DNA of 64,000 nucleotides. It comes from Candidatus Vogelbacteria bacterium RIFOXYD1_FULL_44_32 (lineage in GTDB: Bacteria; Patescibacteriota; Minisyncoccia; Phycocordibacterales; XYD1-FULL-46-19). The stretch lies in NCBI GenBank assembly GCA_001823065.1, contig MHTJ01000002.1, positions 53,532-117,531 on the forward strand. Direction: 5' to 3'. Each line of letters begins with the position of its first letter. The stretch's first letter is position 1. The notes under the pieces are model-generated. The model worked only from the letters and a program-made list of their open reading frames with translations. It was not told where the DNA came from and made no database searches. A program made the translations under genes and the position numbers. This document shows, piece after piece, positions 7,928-17,610 of the stretch.

Positions 7928-9670
7928 TTATGCTTGCCTCAAGTCAACTACGCGCAAGCGCAACTCCGGCCGGTTTTTAAAGGTTGATTTTTCAATATTT
8001 GCGAGCATGTCCACCCGCCGGCCAGGGGCCAGATTTACCCCCGGCCAAATATGACCCGAATCATAAGATAAATCACAACCAGAATCACAAGCAAAAAAGG
8101 CAATGGCCGAGATTTTATTGTCTTCATTATCTTTAAAAACAATTTCCACGTGTCCGCCGGTTTTACCAAAAGCTTTAGCGGAAACAATGGCTAAATTTTC
8201 GAGCCAAAACACTGGCTTGGGAAAATCTAGCCCATACGGCCCAATTTTTTCAATCTCTTTTTGCATTGCCCAGCCAATATCAGCCAGGCTAATTTTCAGA
8301 TCCGCCTCCTCCTCTTCCACCACCACCGTTTTGGTCATTTTTTTGTAGGCCTCTAATAGTTTTTTCTCTAACTTCACCAAATTCTCGGCTGGCAAAGAAA
8401 AACCACCCGCAAAAGCGTGACCGCCAAAATCACGGAAAAATTTTGGTTTGCCCGCCAAAGTCATTAGTTCAACCACATTTACTTTGCCGTCTGACCGGCA
8501 TGAACCTTTTATTTCGCCATTACCATTTTTGGCCCAAACAAAAACTGTCCGCCCATACTTTTCACTAATCCGCGCCGCCGCTAGTCCCAGCACCCCCAAC
8601 CCCCAATCCTCGTTGCCGACAACCAGCACCGCCGGCAAATTCTTGGTTTGATAATGTTTTTCGACAGTATCTAAAATTTCCGTCACTTGGCTACGTCTTT
8701 CTTTATTGCGCCCCTCCAAATCACAAGCAATTTGACGCGCCTCCTCTTCTTTAGTGGTCATCAGTAAATTAAAAGCCTCCAAGGCATGCGACATCCGACC
8801 CGCCGAATTGATACGCGGGCCAATCATAAAACCAATATCCTCTTCATTTATATATTCTCGTTTCAATTTTAAAACCCGGAAAAGCTCGAGGAGCCCCAGT
8901 CGGTGAGTCATTCGCAACACCATCAGGCCAAACTTGGTCATCGTTTTATTTTCGCCCGTCATTGGTACCATATCCGCTACTGTCGCAATCGCCACTAGTT
9001 CTAAGAGCCACTTTTCCCAACCAATTGGTATTGTCTCCAAATTACCGCGTGCTATTAGCGCCTGCACCAACTTAAAAGCCACTCCCGTCCCCGCCAAATG
9101 TTTGTAGGGATAGGCACAATCCGTCCGCTTGGGGTCAATCACCGCCACTGCTTTGGGTAATTTGGCTGGGGGCAAGTGGTGGTCGGTTACTACCACGTCT
9201 ATCCCCAACTCATTGGCTCGCTTTACTTCAACCAAATTAGAAATTCCACAATCAACTGTAATAATTAGTTGTACGCCATCAGCTTTAAATTTTTCTACCG
9301 CTACTACCGATAAGCCGTATTGTTCATTATGGCGATGGGGAATGTAAACACTAAAATTTTCGTAATTAATTTTACGAAAAAACTCGGCCAGCACCGCCGA
9401 AGCCGGCACCCCATCGGCATCATAATCGCCAAAGATTAAAATCTTTTCCTCATTTTCAATTGCCTGCAATATTCTAGCCACCCCTTTTTCCATATCCTTC
9501 AGTAAAAATGGATCGTGTAAATGTCTCACATATTCCGGCAAAAAAATCTCTTCGATTTCTTCTCTGGTTTTCACCCCACGATTTTTTAAAATAGCCGTGG
9601 CCACATCTTTTAGTCCAGCAAAAACATCACCTTTAGTTTTGCTAACCTTTATTTTCCACGCTTTTTGCAT
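7928..9670 (-). CDS. recJ: Single-stranded DNA exonuclease RecJ
   Basis: GDYDADG; ITVDCG; TDHH; GPRINSAGR; GSCRS; FGGHAFAGG. Confidence 0.97.
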   Translation of the reverse strand: MQKAWKIKVSKTKGDVFAGLKDVATAILKNRGVKTREEIEEIFLPEYVRHLHDPFLLKDMEKGVARILQAIENEEKILIFGDYDADGVPASAVLAEFFRKINYENFSVYIPHRHNEQYGLSVVAVEKFKADGVQLIITVDCGISNLVEVKRANELGIDVVVTDHHLPPAKLPKAVAVIDPKRTDCAYPYKHLAGTGVAFKLVQALIARGNLETIPIGWEKWLLELVAIATVADMVPMTGENKTMTKFGLMVLRMTHRLGLLELFRVLKLKREYINEEDIGFMIGPRINSAGRMSHALEAFNLLMTTKEEEARQIACDLEGRNKERRSQVTEILDTVEKHYQTKNLPAVLVVGNEDWGLGVLGLAAARISEKYGRTVFVWAKNGNGEIKGSCRSDGKVNVVELMTLAGKPKFFRDFGGHAFAGGFSLPAENLVKLEKKLLEAYKKMTKTVVVEEEEADLKISLADIGWAMQKEIEKIGPYGLDFPKPVFWLENLAIVSAKAFGKTGGHVEIVFKDNEDNKISAIAFFACDSGCDLSYDSGHIWPGVNLAPGRRVDMLANIEKSTFKNRPELRLRVVDLRQA

Positions 9671-9721
9671 CGGGGTATTATAGCACCCCTTTAATTTCTT
9701 TTTTTACCAACATCTTTCTCC

Positions 9722-9768
9722 TGCCCCCAAAAGTATTGGACACTCGGTGTCCAATACTTTTGGGGGCA
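9722..9768. repeat. 22-bp perfect inverted repeat between divergent genes
   Basis: tgcccccaaaagtattggacac-tcg-gtgtccaatacttttgggggca. Confidence 0.8.
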
Positions 9769-9792
9769 CCTCATTTTTGCTATAGTGAGTAA

Positions 9793-10152
9793 ATGGCCAA
9801 TTGCATATTTTGTAAAATTGTCGCTGGCGAAATACCCGCCCACAAGGTCTATGAGGACGACCATTTCTTGGCTTTTTTGGATATCAACCCCGTTTCTGCC
9901 GGCCATGTCCAGGTTATACCCAAAACTCACTACCGCTGGGTGTGGGATGTACCCAATGTCGGTGAGTATTTTGAAATAGTAAGGAAAATAGCCCTCGCTC
10001 AGAAAAAAGCTTTCGCCACCGACTTTGTCTTATCTAAAATTGTCGGCGAAGATGTCCCCCACGCTCATATTTGGGTTTACCTCGACCCCGCCCTCTCTGG
10101 TGACAAAAAAGATTTTGAAGGGAATAGAGATAAAATAATCAAAGAAATCTAA
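9793..10152 (+). CDS. HIT family hydrolase
   Basis: CIFCKIVAGEIP; AFLDINPVSAGH; VPHAHIW variant of the histidine triad. Confidence 0.93.
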   Translation: MANCIFCKIVAGEIPAHKVYEDDHFLAFLDINPVSAGHVQVIPKTHYRWVWDVPNVGEYFEIVRKIALAQKKAFATDFVLSKIVGEDVPHAHIWVYLDPALSGDKKDFEGNRDKIIKEI

Positions 10153-10186
10153 AAACCTGCCCGAGCTAATGCTCGGGCAGGTTTTT
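10151..10186. terminator. Bidirectional terminator
   Basis: aaaaacctgcccgagc-taat-gctcgggcaggttttt between convergent genes. Confidence 0.8.
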
Positions 10187-10194
10187 AGATTAAT

Positions 10195-11325
10195 CTATTT
10201 TTCCAATGCCTTAATCCCCGGCAGTGTTCCCTTAGCAATAAACTCGAGCATCGCTCCACCCGACATAGAAATATAATTTATTCCACTTGAAAGGTGGTGA
10301 CGCTCCAGCGCCGCCACCGTGTCTCCCCCGCCCACCATTGAATACCCTGTCGCCTCGACCAAGGCCACCGCTATCTCCTCGGTCCCCTTACTAAAACCTT
10401 TTTCAAAATTACCCACGGGACCATTCCACAACACAAACTTGGCTTTAATTATTTTTTCCTTAAGTAAATCAATAGTGGCTGGCCCTGCATCCTGAATATT
10501 ATCTTGTTTACGCACCCCCTCTGGCTTTTTCACGACTCGTCCGTCTTTAGTTTTAACCACCACATCGATCGGTAACTGAATTTTTTTATCTTTTAAAACT
10601 TCCACCAAACCCTTGACCCCATCACCTACCAGCGACTTACCTATTTCATAACCCAGTTTGTGCCAGAGTGGATGAGCGAGCGCCCCACCCACAAACACAA
10701 AATCGGCTCGGGGCAACAGCTTCTTAATCACCGGCAACTTGGTTTCAAATTTGGCGCCACCTAAAATTAGCACAAAGGGGTGCCCGGCTTTATTTACCTT
10801 ACTCAATTCAGTATATTCCTTAGCAAAAGCCAGCCCCGCAAAACTAGGCAAATATTTTGGCACACCGACAATAGAAGCGTGAGCGCGATGGGAAGCCGAA
10901 AAAGCATCATTTATATAAATATCAGCGAGGCCAGCCAAGCGCTTAGCAAAAACCTTGTCATTTTTCTCTTCTTCTTCGTGGCGACGAATATTTTCCAACA
11001 ACATTACCGAGCCATTGGGCATCGCCTTAAAACGCGCTTCGTCAAAAACCAGTTTAGAAAAACCAATTTTAAGATGAGGCTCGAGAGCCCGCGCCACTGG
11101 GGCCAAACTTTCTGTTCCTGCTCGTCCCAAATGAGCCACCACTAGCACTTTGGCCCCTCGCTCGGCCAAATATTTTAAAGTCGGTAAAGCCGATAGAAGT
11201 CGGCTGTCATTGAGAACTTTACCTTTGGCGATCGGAACATTAAAATCGGTGCGCACCAACACAAAATTACCCTTTAAATCTTTGGTTTTTAGATCTGTGA
11301 TGGTTTTAAAAGGCAACTTTGACAT
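10195..11325 (-). CDS. pgk: Phosphoglycerate kinase
   Basis: VRTDFNVP; HLGR; NDAFSASHRAHAS; WNGPVG; GGGDT; SMSGGAMLE. Confidence 0.97.
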   Translation of the reverse strand: MSKLPFKTITDLKTKDLKGNFVLVRTDFNVPIAKGKVLNDSRLLSALPTLKYLAERGAKVLVVAHLGRAGTESLAPVARALEPHLKIGFSKLVFDEARFKAMPNGSVMLLENIRRHEEEEKNDKVFAKRLAGLADIYINDAFSASHRAHASIVGVPKYLPSFAGLAFAKEYTELSKVNKAGHPFVLILGGAKFETKLPVIKKLLPRADFVFVGGALAHPLWHKLGYEIGKSLVGDGVKGLVEVLKDKKIQLPIDVVVKTKDGRVVKKPEGVRKQDNIQDAGPATIDLLKEKIIKAKFVLWNGPVGNFEKGFSKGTEEIAVALVEATGYSMVGGGDTVAALERHHLSSGINYISMSGGAMLEFIAKGTLPGIKALEK

Positions 11326-11332
11326 AATCTGA

Positions 11333-12097
11333 TTATTTTATTTTATCAGCGATTTGTAAAATCTGTTTAAATTGGTCTGGCACCAGCGACTCTCGCCCCA
11401 CCAACAAACCATCGGCTCGGCCATCTTTCAAAAATCCTTCAGCATTTTTTACATTGACCGACCCACCATACAAAACCGGTAGGGCGAGCGCCAGCTCATT
11501 GCCAGCCAAACCGGCAAATACCTTGCGGATAAACAAGGCGTTGTGTAAAAAATTATCGGGCGTATCAGCCCCATGCGCCTCGGTGCCAATCGCCCAGATT
11601 GGCTCGTAAGCGATCATAATTTCACTATAATAACTTTTTTTCAAATCACCAAGACAAGCGCCAATTTGACCACGTAAAAAACTCAAATAATCACCGTGTG
11701 CATCACGTTTTTCCTCGCCAATGCAAATGATTGGTTTCAGGCCGGCTTTGACCGCCAGTTGGACTTTTTCCCGTACCACTTTGTCGGTTTCTCCCGCCCG
11801 CCTACGCTCCGAGTGACCAACAATCAGATAATCGGCGCCAATATTTTTAATCATTTTGGCGGAAATGGCGCCAGTCTCGGCTTCGTTCACCCCAGCACAG
11901 GCGTCTTGCCCACCCCAAAATATTTTTTTGGTTGGCCGCGGTGGTATCAGCAACGACAAATACAAAGCCGGCGGACAAATAATAGTCCGCGTTTTGGTCA
12001 GCTTTGAAGCAGTTTTTTTTAGAGCTAGAGCTAGAAGTTTAGCTTCCCGCGGTGAAGCCGGATTCATCTTCCAATTGGCCACAATAAATTTTCCCAT
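11333..12097 (-). CDS. tpiA: Triosephosphate isomerase
   Basis: ANWKMN; GHSERR; AYEPIWAIG; LYGGSV. Confidence 0.97.
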   Translation of the reverse strand: MGKFIVANWKMNPASPREAKLLALALKKTASKLTKTRTIICPPALYLSLLIPPRPTKKIFWGGQDACAGVNEAETGAISAKMIKNIGADYLIVGHSERRRAGETDKVVREKVQLAVKAGLKPIICIGEEKRDAHGDYLSFLRGQIGACLGDLKKSYYSEIMIAYEPIWAIGTEAHGADTPDNFLHNALFIRKVFAGLAGNELALALPVLYGGSVNVKNAEGFLKDGRADGLLVGRESLVPDQFKQILQIADKIK

Positions 12098-12151
12098 AAG
12101 CTATAGTATAACATCCCCACTAAAATCGGCCTCGACTCTAACTGACTCGCC

Positions 12152-13792
12152 TTAGAGTCGAGAGTGGGCGTGGCGCCGGATAAGAGCAATCGCTTCGTTT
12201 AAATCTATTTTACCAAGAGTAGCCAGCACAAAAATATCTTCATTTAGCTTGAGTGCCCCTTGTTCTCGGCTAAAATTCACAATTTCCTCGGGTTTTTTAC
12301 CATCTTTAATCATTTTTTCGATCGGCAAGGTGACTACTAGCGCTTCCGTGGCATAGATTTTAGTTCGATCAGGTAAAGAAATATCACCGTTTTGTTTTTT
12401 TACTTTAAAATTAGCTGTGGCAATATCAAAAGACACATCAACTAGGCCAGCTAAAACTAAATTATCCTTCATTTTTTCAAAATTGAGATAGCCCTTGAGG
12501 TCTTTCCACTCATTGGGCTGAAGTTGGCCCGCCACAGCCCGACTACCTAGGGTGGAAACAGGTTCAAGGCGCATAAAAATTTTAGTGACTGCTGACAAAA
12601 TATAGCGGTCGGGTAAAAGCTGATCCGTTTGACTCACTAAATCAGCTAAATTTTTTGCAGATAAACCCACAAACACCGCTATACCCCGCCCCGCCGCTCC
12701 CGCCAGTAGGGCCAAAGTTTGCGGTGAGTCAATTTCTTCCACCAAAATAGCATCAAAATCGTGCGGTAAAAGCCGACGCAAAATATCGGCGACGGGTTTA
12801 CCGGCTGTTTCTACCTGCTCCACGTGGAAAAGATAACGCTCTAGTTTTTTTTCAATTGAGAGCACTGGGTGGCCAGTGCGGGCCAACCTTTCAGCCAAGG
12901 CATAAAACAATGGCTTATTGGTCTCAACCATATCTCCCGAAATTACCGCCAACCCTCCTCCAGCGGTGATATTTTCTAGGACCTCTAGGTTTTCCCCCCA
13001 TAAACCAAGCTTGGCCAACTCATTATCACTTTGCCTAGAAAATATGGCGCGTTTGGACAAATCAGTCGTAAATTGTCCGGTGGGTGTAAAGTCATATTTT
13101 TTAAATAAATCAGGAAAACCGGCGGATTCGACTAAGCGCTGGCCAATATGCGGATTGGTAGCCATAGCATCATAAGTTTTTTGCCCAATCCGATAGCGAA
13201 CCAAAGTTTCACTCGGACTGACTTCAATCAAGATCCGGCGCGCCTGAGCTGAGCTCGCATCACGAAAAACCAAGTTAGCAACTCGCCCCAAATCGCGCTC
13301 GCTTTTTTCGTGAGCTAAACTGGCCCCAAGTTCGCGTAAATCACGCCCATAGCGCCCACCGAGCTCGCGTTGGTAAGACAATAAAAGTCGGCGGACCAGC
13401 GCTTCTGGGGCCAACCGCGGTAAAATATGCAACTCATCAGCTAAAATATTTTTCGCTTCTAAAATATCCTCCAAACGCAACCCAATCACTTCCAAGCCAC
13501 TAGCCGTTTCGCGTAGAGCAATCACATTGTGGGCCCGCGCCACTGGTTCGGGGATTTTGGCTAACACTTCATAGGGAATCTGGTCATCAAAACTACTCAT
13601 AAATGGCACCCCCGAGGCCCGCGCCTCGAGGCGGCGCAAATCATCGCCAGAAATTATTCCCTGCACCAAAATTCGTTCGGATAAAGATAGCCCCTTGTCT
13701 TTGGCTTCTTGCTCGAAAACATCCAGCTCGGCGCGAGTCGCCACGCGCGCCGACACTAACAGTTCTTTTAAAATCGAGGAGTCAATAAACAT
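12152..13792 (-). CDS. GspE/PilB-like protein with degenerate ATPase motifs
   Basis: MshEN/T2SSE-N-like N-terminus (IPEPVARAHNVIAL); Walker A position reads ISGDMVETNKPLFYAL; Walker B position reads DAILVEEID. Confidence 0.75.
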   Translation of the reverse strand: MFIDSSILKELLVSARVATRAELDVFEQEAKDKGLSLSERILVQGIISGDDLRRLEARASGVPFMSSFDDQIPYEVLAKIPEPVARAHNVIALRETASGLEVIGLRLEDILEAKNILADELHILPRLAPEALVRRLLLSYQRELGGRYGRDLRELGASLAHEKSERDLGRVANLVFRDASSAQARRILIEVSPSETLVRYRIGQKTYDAMATNPHIGQRLVESAGFPDLFKKYDFTPTGQFTTDLSKRAIFSRQSDNELAKLGLWGENLEVLENITAGGGLAVISGDMVETNKPLFYALAERLARTGHPVLSIEKKLERYLFHVEQVETAGKPVADILRRLLPHDFDAILVEEIDSPQTLALLAGAAGRGIAVFVGLSAKNLADLVSQTDQLLPDRYILSAVTKIFMRLEPVSTLGSRAVAGQLQPNEWKDLKGYLNFEKMKDNLVLAGLVDVSFDIATANFKVKKQNGDISLPDRTKIYATEALVVTLPIEKMIKDGKKPEEIVNFSREQGALKLNEDIFVLATLGKIDLNEAIALIRRHAHSRL

Positions 13793-13818
13793 TAGACATA
13801 ATTATACCAAAATTAAAA

Positions 13819-13851
13819 CCAAAAATCCCCGCTCATCGCGGGGATTTTTGG
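13819..13851 (-). terminator. Intrinsic terminator
   Basis: ccaaaaatccccgc-tcatc-gcggggatttttgg. Confidence 0.75.
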
Positions 13852-13868
13852 TGATAAATTAATTTATT

Positions 13869-16800
13869 TTACCAACCACAATTGTAAGTCGGACGACTAA
13901 CATTATTCACTTCTAGGCTTCCATTCCCCGCAGTGTTACCAATTGCCCCTCCAATAAGAGCACTTACCACATCTCCCCCAACCCTTCCTCCAATTACTAA
14001 ACCAGCACCGCCGCCGAGGGCACTCTTACTCCACACTACTCCAACATTCGAATAGGAGAATCTTTTACCATCACCTTGTGCCTCTTTAAAGATACAGCCC
14101 ACTTGATAACTCTCAATCGCCCCGGTTTGAGCCGCCACGTATTGCTGACAATCTCTAATGGTCCAAGACGAGGGAACTGGTATATTGCTTTCCACTACTC
14201 GAGGCAAAGAATTAAAAGCCTCATCAAGACTAGCTCTCATGTTGGCCCCTATATCGGGTAATATGTACCTATCCATCAGAGAACCAGCTGGTAATATGCC
14301 TCCAGCTTGAAATACTGTTACACAAGCATTGCCAAGACAGATTCTTTTATCGTTTGGTGGCACATTGTTTGCTGGAATATAAACGCGAGAATTATTTCGC
14401 GCTTCTGCATACCTGTCTAACATCGAAAGAAGGAAGGAACTAATTTTAAGCTTGAAATTATAGAAGGCTCCGCCCACCCCAATAGCCGTACACATTTTTT
14501 GCCCCTCGCCAGATGTCGCTGTATCCTTGTACCCAATTTTGCCGTCATTGTCGGCAACTAAAACCCGCGTACTAACATTATCAGCCGCCAAGCTTCTTAG
14601 CCTTACTTTTCCGTCTACATCTAGCTTTGTATTAGAATCAATATCTGCGGTACCAAGAGAAATAGAGCCACCACGGTCAATTCTTACATTATTAGCCGTG
14701 ATTCCTCCTTCAACATCAAGCTTATTACTTGGATCATTAGTCCCAATGCCGACCTTGCCCTCACGCGAGATTCTCATGGCATCCACAAGATGAGCACCAT
14801 CGGTAACAGTAAATTGAAGACCGCCATAATTAACAGCGCCAGTTGATGCTCGCTCGATTACACCACTAATTTGGGCCAGAGTTGCATTATTCGCTGCATT
14901 TCCATTTTTTGCGGCAAAACGTAAGCCAACGCCACTATTAGCGGAATTGGTGTTGTTTGCAATGATGGCAACAGGAAAATTACTCGTTCCCGTAAGGTCG
15001 GAGACTGTTCTGGCAGTTAAGCCCACAGTATAATTGGTGGTGCCATTATCAATATCTAACTTTGTTCCTGGTACATTGGTGCCAATACCCACTTTTCCAG
15101 TGTTAGTATTGTATATGTTATTACCACTCGTTGCCCATTGACCACCAACCGAAGAAGTATCAAAGCAGATTCCAGTTGTGCTACAAATTCGGTTCACTGT
15201 AAGCTTTCCAGCAATATTTACATCGTCAAACAATCTTATCAATCTTGGTTGCATTGGCACACCCTCAGCTACCACCACTCCACCATATACATCTAGAGAT
15301 TGAGGGCTAGTATTTTTGTATCTAATATAACCCACATCCTTGCCTTCTAGATTGAATGCACCAAATTTTAGTCGCCCTAATTCGGCAGCTGAAAAACTAG
15401 TGCCATCAACACCGATTGTTCCCGTTACATGAAGATTAGTACTAGGGCTATTGGTCCCAATACCCACCTTGCCAGTGTTAAAATCCACCACCAAAGGAGT
15501 TGCAAGGGTATTATTGCCGTTTGGATAAGTCACACTCGGGGAACCGACTTTACGAAACGTTAGAAGTGACCCATCCATCTGAATTCTAGCGTTTTTATCT
15601 GTCTCACCAGTTTGATTTAACAAAATACTTGGAGCGGCATTTTCACCAATAATCTGACCACTCGAAAATAGAGTCCCAAACGCAGCCAGGGCTCCATCAA
15701 TACGAGTGGCACCATTTACCTGAAGCTTACTCGTAGGAGCCGGATTACCAATACCTACGTTTCCATTGGAAGCAATCATTAACATTTCTCCGTCTGCTCC
15801 AAACTTATACCGATTAGACAAAAAGGTGAGTGGCGCACTAGAACCACCATCTTTAGTAGCAGCAATTATAGCGTCGGTGCCGTCGGCACCACCATTGCTA
15901 AAGAGAATATTAACAATACCTGTTTTAACGTGGAATTTTGTCTGGGGGTTGGCCGTACCAACACCAACATTGCCAGTCAGATTTTTATTGTAAATATTAT
16001 TGACATTGGCGGTCGATGAAGCCCATTTATCACCGCCGTTATTATTGGTAACCTCGGTACACAAATCCTCATCAGGACCAGAACATTTGTAAATATTAGA
16101 AGCATAAAGATTGGCCCAACGGCGAGTCGGACTACCGAGGTCATACCTATTATCGAGATGGGGTCCAACACTACCGTAAACCTGTAATTTAAACAGTGTT
16201 GGATCAACCACGGTTCCAACACCCACATTGCCAGAATTTAGATTGATTGATAATGGAGTAGCGGCAATATTATTGCTAGAACTTACTCGATTAAAACTAA
16301 GAAGGTTATTTTGAACTTGAATCCGAGCGTTAACACTAGAATTATCAGTGTCAAATAAAACCAAACTTGGTGAATGATTTCGACTCATAAGTAGACCTGT
16401 GGCCGAGATAATACCGTCTACTGTTAATTTATAGTCTGGGGTAGTTGTGCCAATACCTACTCGCCGAGTCAAAACTGATGGAGAGATCGCCGTTCCAGTG
16501 GAATTCAATGTCCACAAGCCATCCCCGCCACCGGTAAATGGACTACAGACGACAGCCCCCTCGGCACTGGTGGTACAAATATTATATTTAAAAGCGTTGA
16601 TAGTGCCACCAACAAACAAGTTGTCAAGCAAGTGCACCATCCTGTTGCCTACCGCGTTCCCACCACCGAAAATTCGCACCGAGATTCCTGGTTTACTGTC
16701 GGTGGAAACTACACCGTTATTGAAATAGAAAATTCGGCCCGCTTTTTCTTCTTTTATAGTAGTCGGAAACTCTTTACCCAATTCCAAAATCGAAGCTTGG

Positions 16801-16988
16801 CGCAAATTAAACCCGCCAGCTTTGGTCTGAGTGGTCGAGCCCACATTTATTGGGGTCGGAGTATTACAACCAGTCGGACCACAAGCTGGGTTTGCCCACT
16901 CCGCATACGCTACCCCCGCCACCAAAAAGACAAACGCAACTGAAACTAAGATAAGTGAGGCCTGCTTAAATGATGACGGGTAGTTCAT
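13869..16988 (-). CDS. Large secreted fibre-like protein with tail-fibre-type repeats
   Basis: Signal peptide; seven VG(I/V)G(T/N)xxP-type repeats; YDLGSPTRRWANLYA; paired cysteines. Confidence 0.75.
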   Translation of the reverse strand: MNYPSSFKQASLILVSVAFVFLVAGVAYAEWANPACGPTGCNTPTPINVGSTTQTKAGGFNLRQASILELGKEFPTTIKEEKAGRIFYFNNGVVSTDSKPGISVRIFGGGNAVGNRMVHLLDNLFVGGTINAFKYNICTTSAEGAVVCSPFTGGGDGLWTLNSTGTAISPSVLTRRVGIGTTTPDYKLTVDGIISATGLLMSRNHSPSLVLFDTDNSSVNARIQVQNNLLSFNRVSSSNNIAATPLSINLNSGNVGVGTVVDPTLFKLQVYGSVGPHLDNRYDLGSPTRRWANLYASNIYKCSGPDEDLCTEVTNNNGGDKWASSTANVNNIYNKNLTGNVGVGTANPQTKFHVKTGIVNILFSNGGADGTDAIIAATKDGGSSAPLTFLSNRYKFGADGEMLMIASNGNVGIGNPAPTSKLQVNGATRIDGALAAFGTLFSSGQIIGENAAPSILLNQTGETDKNARIQMDGSLLTFRKVGSPSVTYPNGNNTLATPLVVDFNTGKVGIGTNSPSTNLHVTGTIGVDGTSFSAAELGRLKFGAFNLEGKDVGYIRYKNTSPQSLDVYGGVVVAEGVPMQPRLIRLFDDVNIAGKLTVNRICSTTGICFDTSSVGGQWATSGNNIYNTNTGKVGIGTNVPGTKLDIDNGTTNYTVGLTARTVSDLTGTSNFPVAIIANNTNSANSGVGLRFAAKNGNAANNATLAQISGVIERASTGAVNYGGLQFTVTDGAHLVDAMRISREGKVGIGTNDPSNKLDVEGGITANNVRIDRGGSISLGTADIDSNTKLDVDGKVRLRSLAADNVSTRVLVADNDGKIGYKDTATSGEGQKMCTAIGVGGAFYNFKLKISSFLLSMLDRYAEARNNSRVYIPANNVPPNDKRICLGNACVTVFQAGGILPAGSLMDRYILPDIGANMRASLDEAFNSLPRVVESNIPVPSSWTIRDCQQYVAAQTGAIESYQVGCIFKEAQGDGKRFSYSNVGVVWSKSALGGGAGLVIGGRVGGDVVSALIGGAIGNTAGNGSLEVNNVSRPTYNCGW

Positions 16989-17030
16989 AAATATGATATT
17001 AAATTAATTTTAATTTTTAAATATAATTTG

Positions 17031-17369
17031 CTAATTATTTTGCAACTGTTTAATAATCTGCACTTTCTCCGCTTCCGTCGGCCCACTATCATCGGCTTGA
17101 ATTGACTGCAAAATCTGGACTTTTTCGGCTTCGCTCAATTTGGGCGCCTGGTCGGCTTCGGCCTGCAACTGGCGCATGATTTCGGCCCGGTCACTGGCTG
17201 GCAAATCCTTCGGCTGGCCTAATTTGGAAAAAATCAGGACGGCCAAAAAAATCACAGCCAAAAACACTAAAATTATTACCAAGGTCACCGCCCAAATTTT
17301 ACGCTCGGGAGTAGGAGTGGAACCAGGACTTAAAGGTGAGCCCGGAGTCGGCGTTAAATTATTTTCCAT
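17031..17369 (-). CDS. Single-TM hypothetical protein
   Basis: TM IWAVTLVIILVFLAVIFLAVLIF; repeated EAEKVQI helices. Confidence 0.7.
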   Translation of the reverse strand: MENNLTPTPGSPLSPGSTPTPERKIWAVTLVIILVFLAVIFLAVLIFSKLGQPKDLPASDRAEIMRQLQAEADQAPKLSEAEKVQILQSIQADDSGPTEAEKVQIIKQLQNN

Positions 17370-17501
17370 TGATATTAATTAAATGAGCCCAAAATATTTG
17401 GCCTAAACCTTTGGTCAAATTATAGCAATTACCACAAGCTAGGAGTAGCCAAGATAATATTTTAATGTTGATAACTTAAAATCTGCAGTCGGTCCACCCC
17501 C

Positions 17502-17579
17502 TTGACTAGATTTCTGTATTTGCTACTATTAGGTGACGATTGTATGACCGCTATTCCGATTTGGGAGGGCGGATTTTTT
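17502..17579 (+). promoter_or_regulatory. nusA promoter with leader attenuator-like hairpin
   Basis: TTGACT-16-TACTAT, then hairpin 17548-17572 and a T-tract before the ATG. Confidence 0.55.
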
Positions 17580-17610
17580 AAACAAAAAATTATTAAAATA
17601 AAAAAATAAT

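Noticed and set aside
13869-16988. Prophage tail gene or diversity-generating retroelement target
   Set aside because: It has a signal peptide, no neighbouring phage genes, no reverse transcriptase and no adenine-variable repeat pair that I could see
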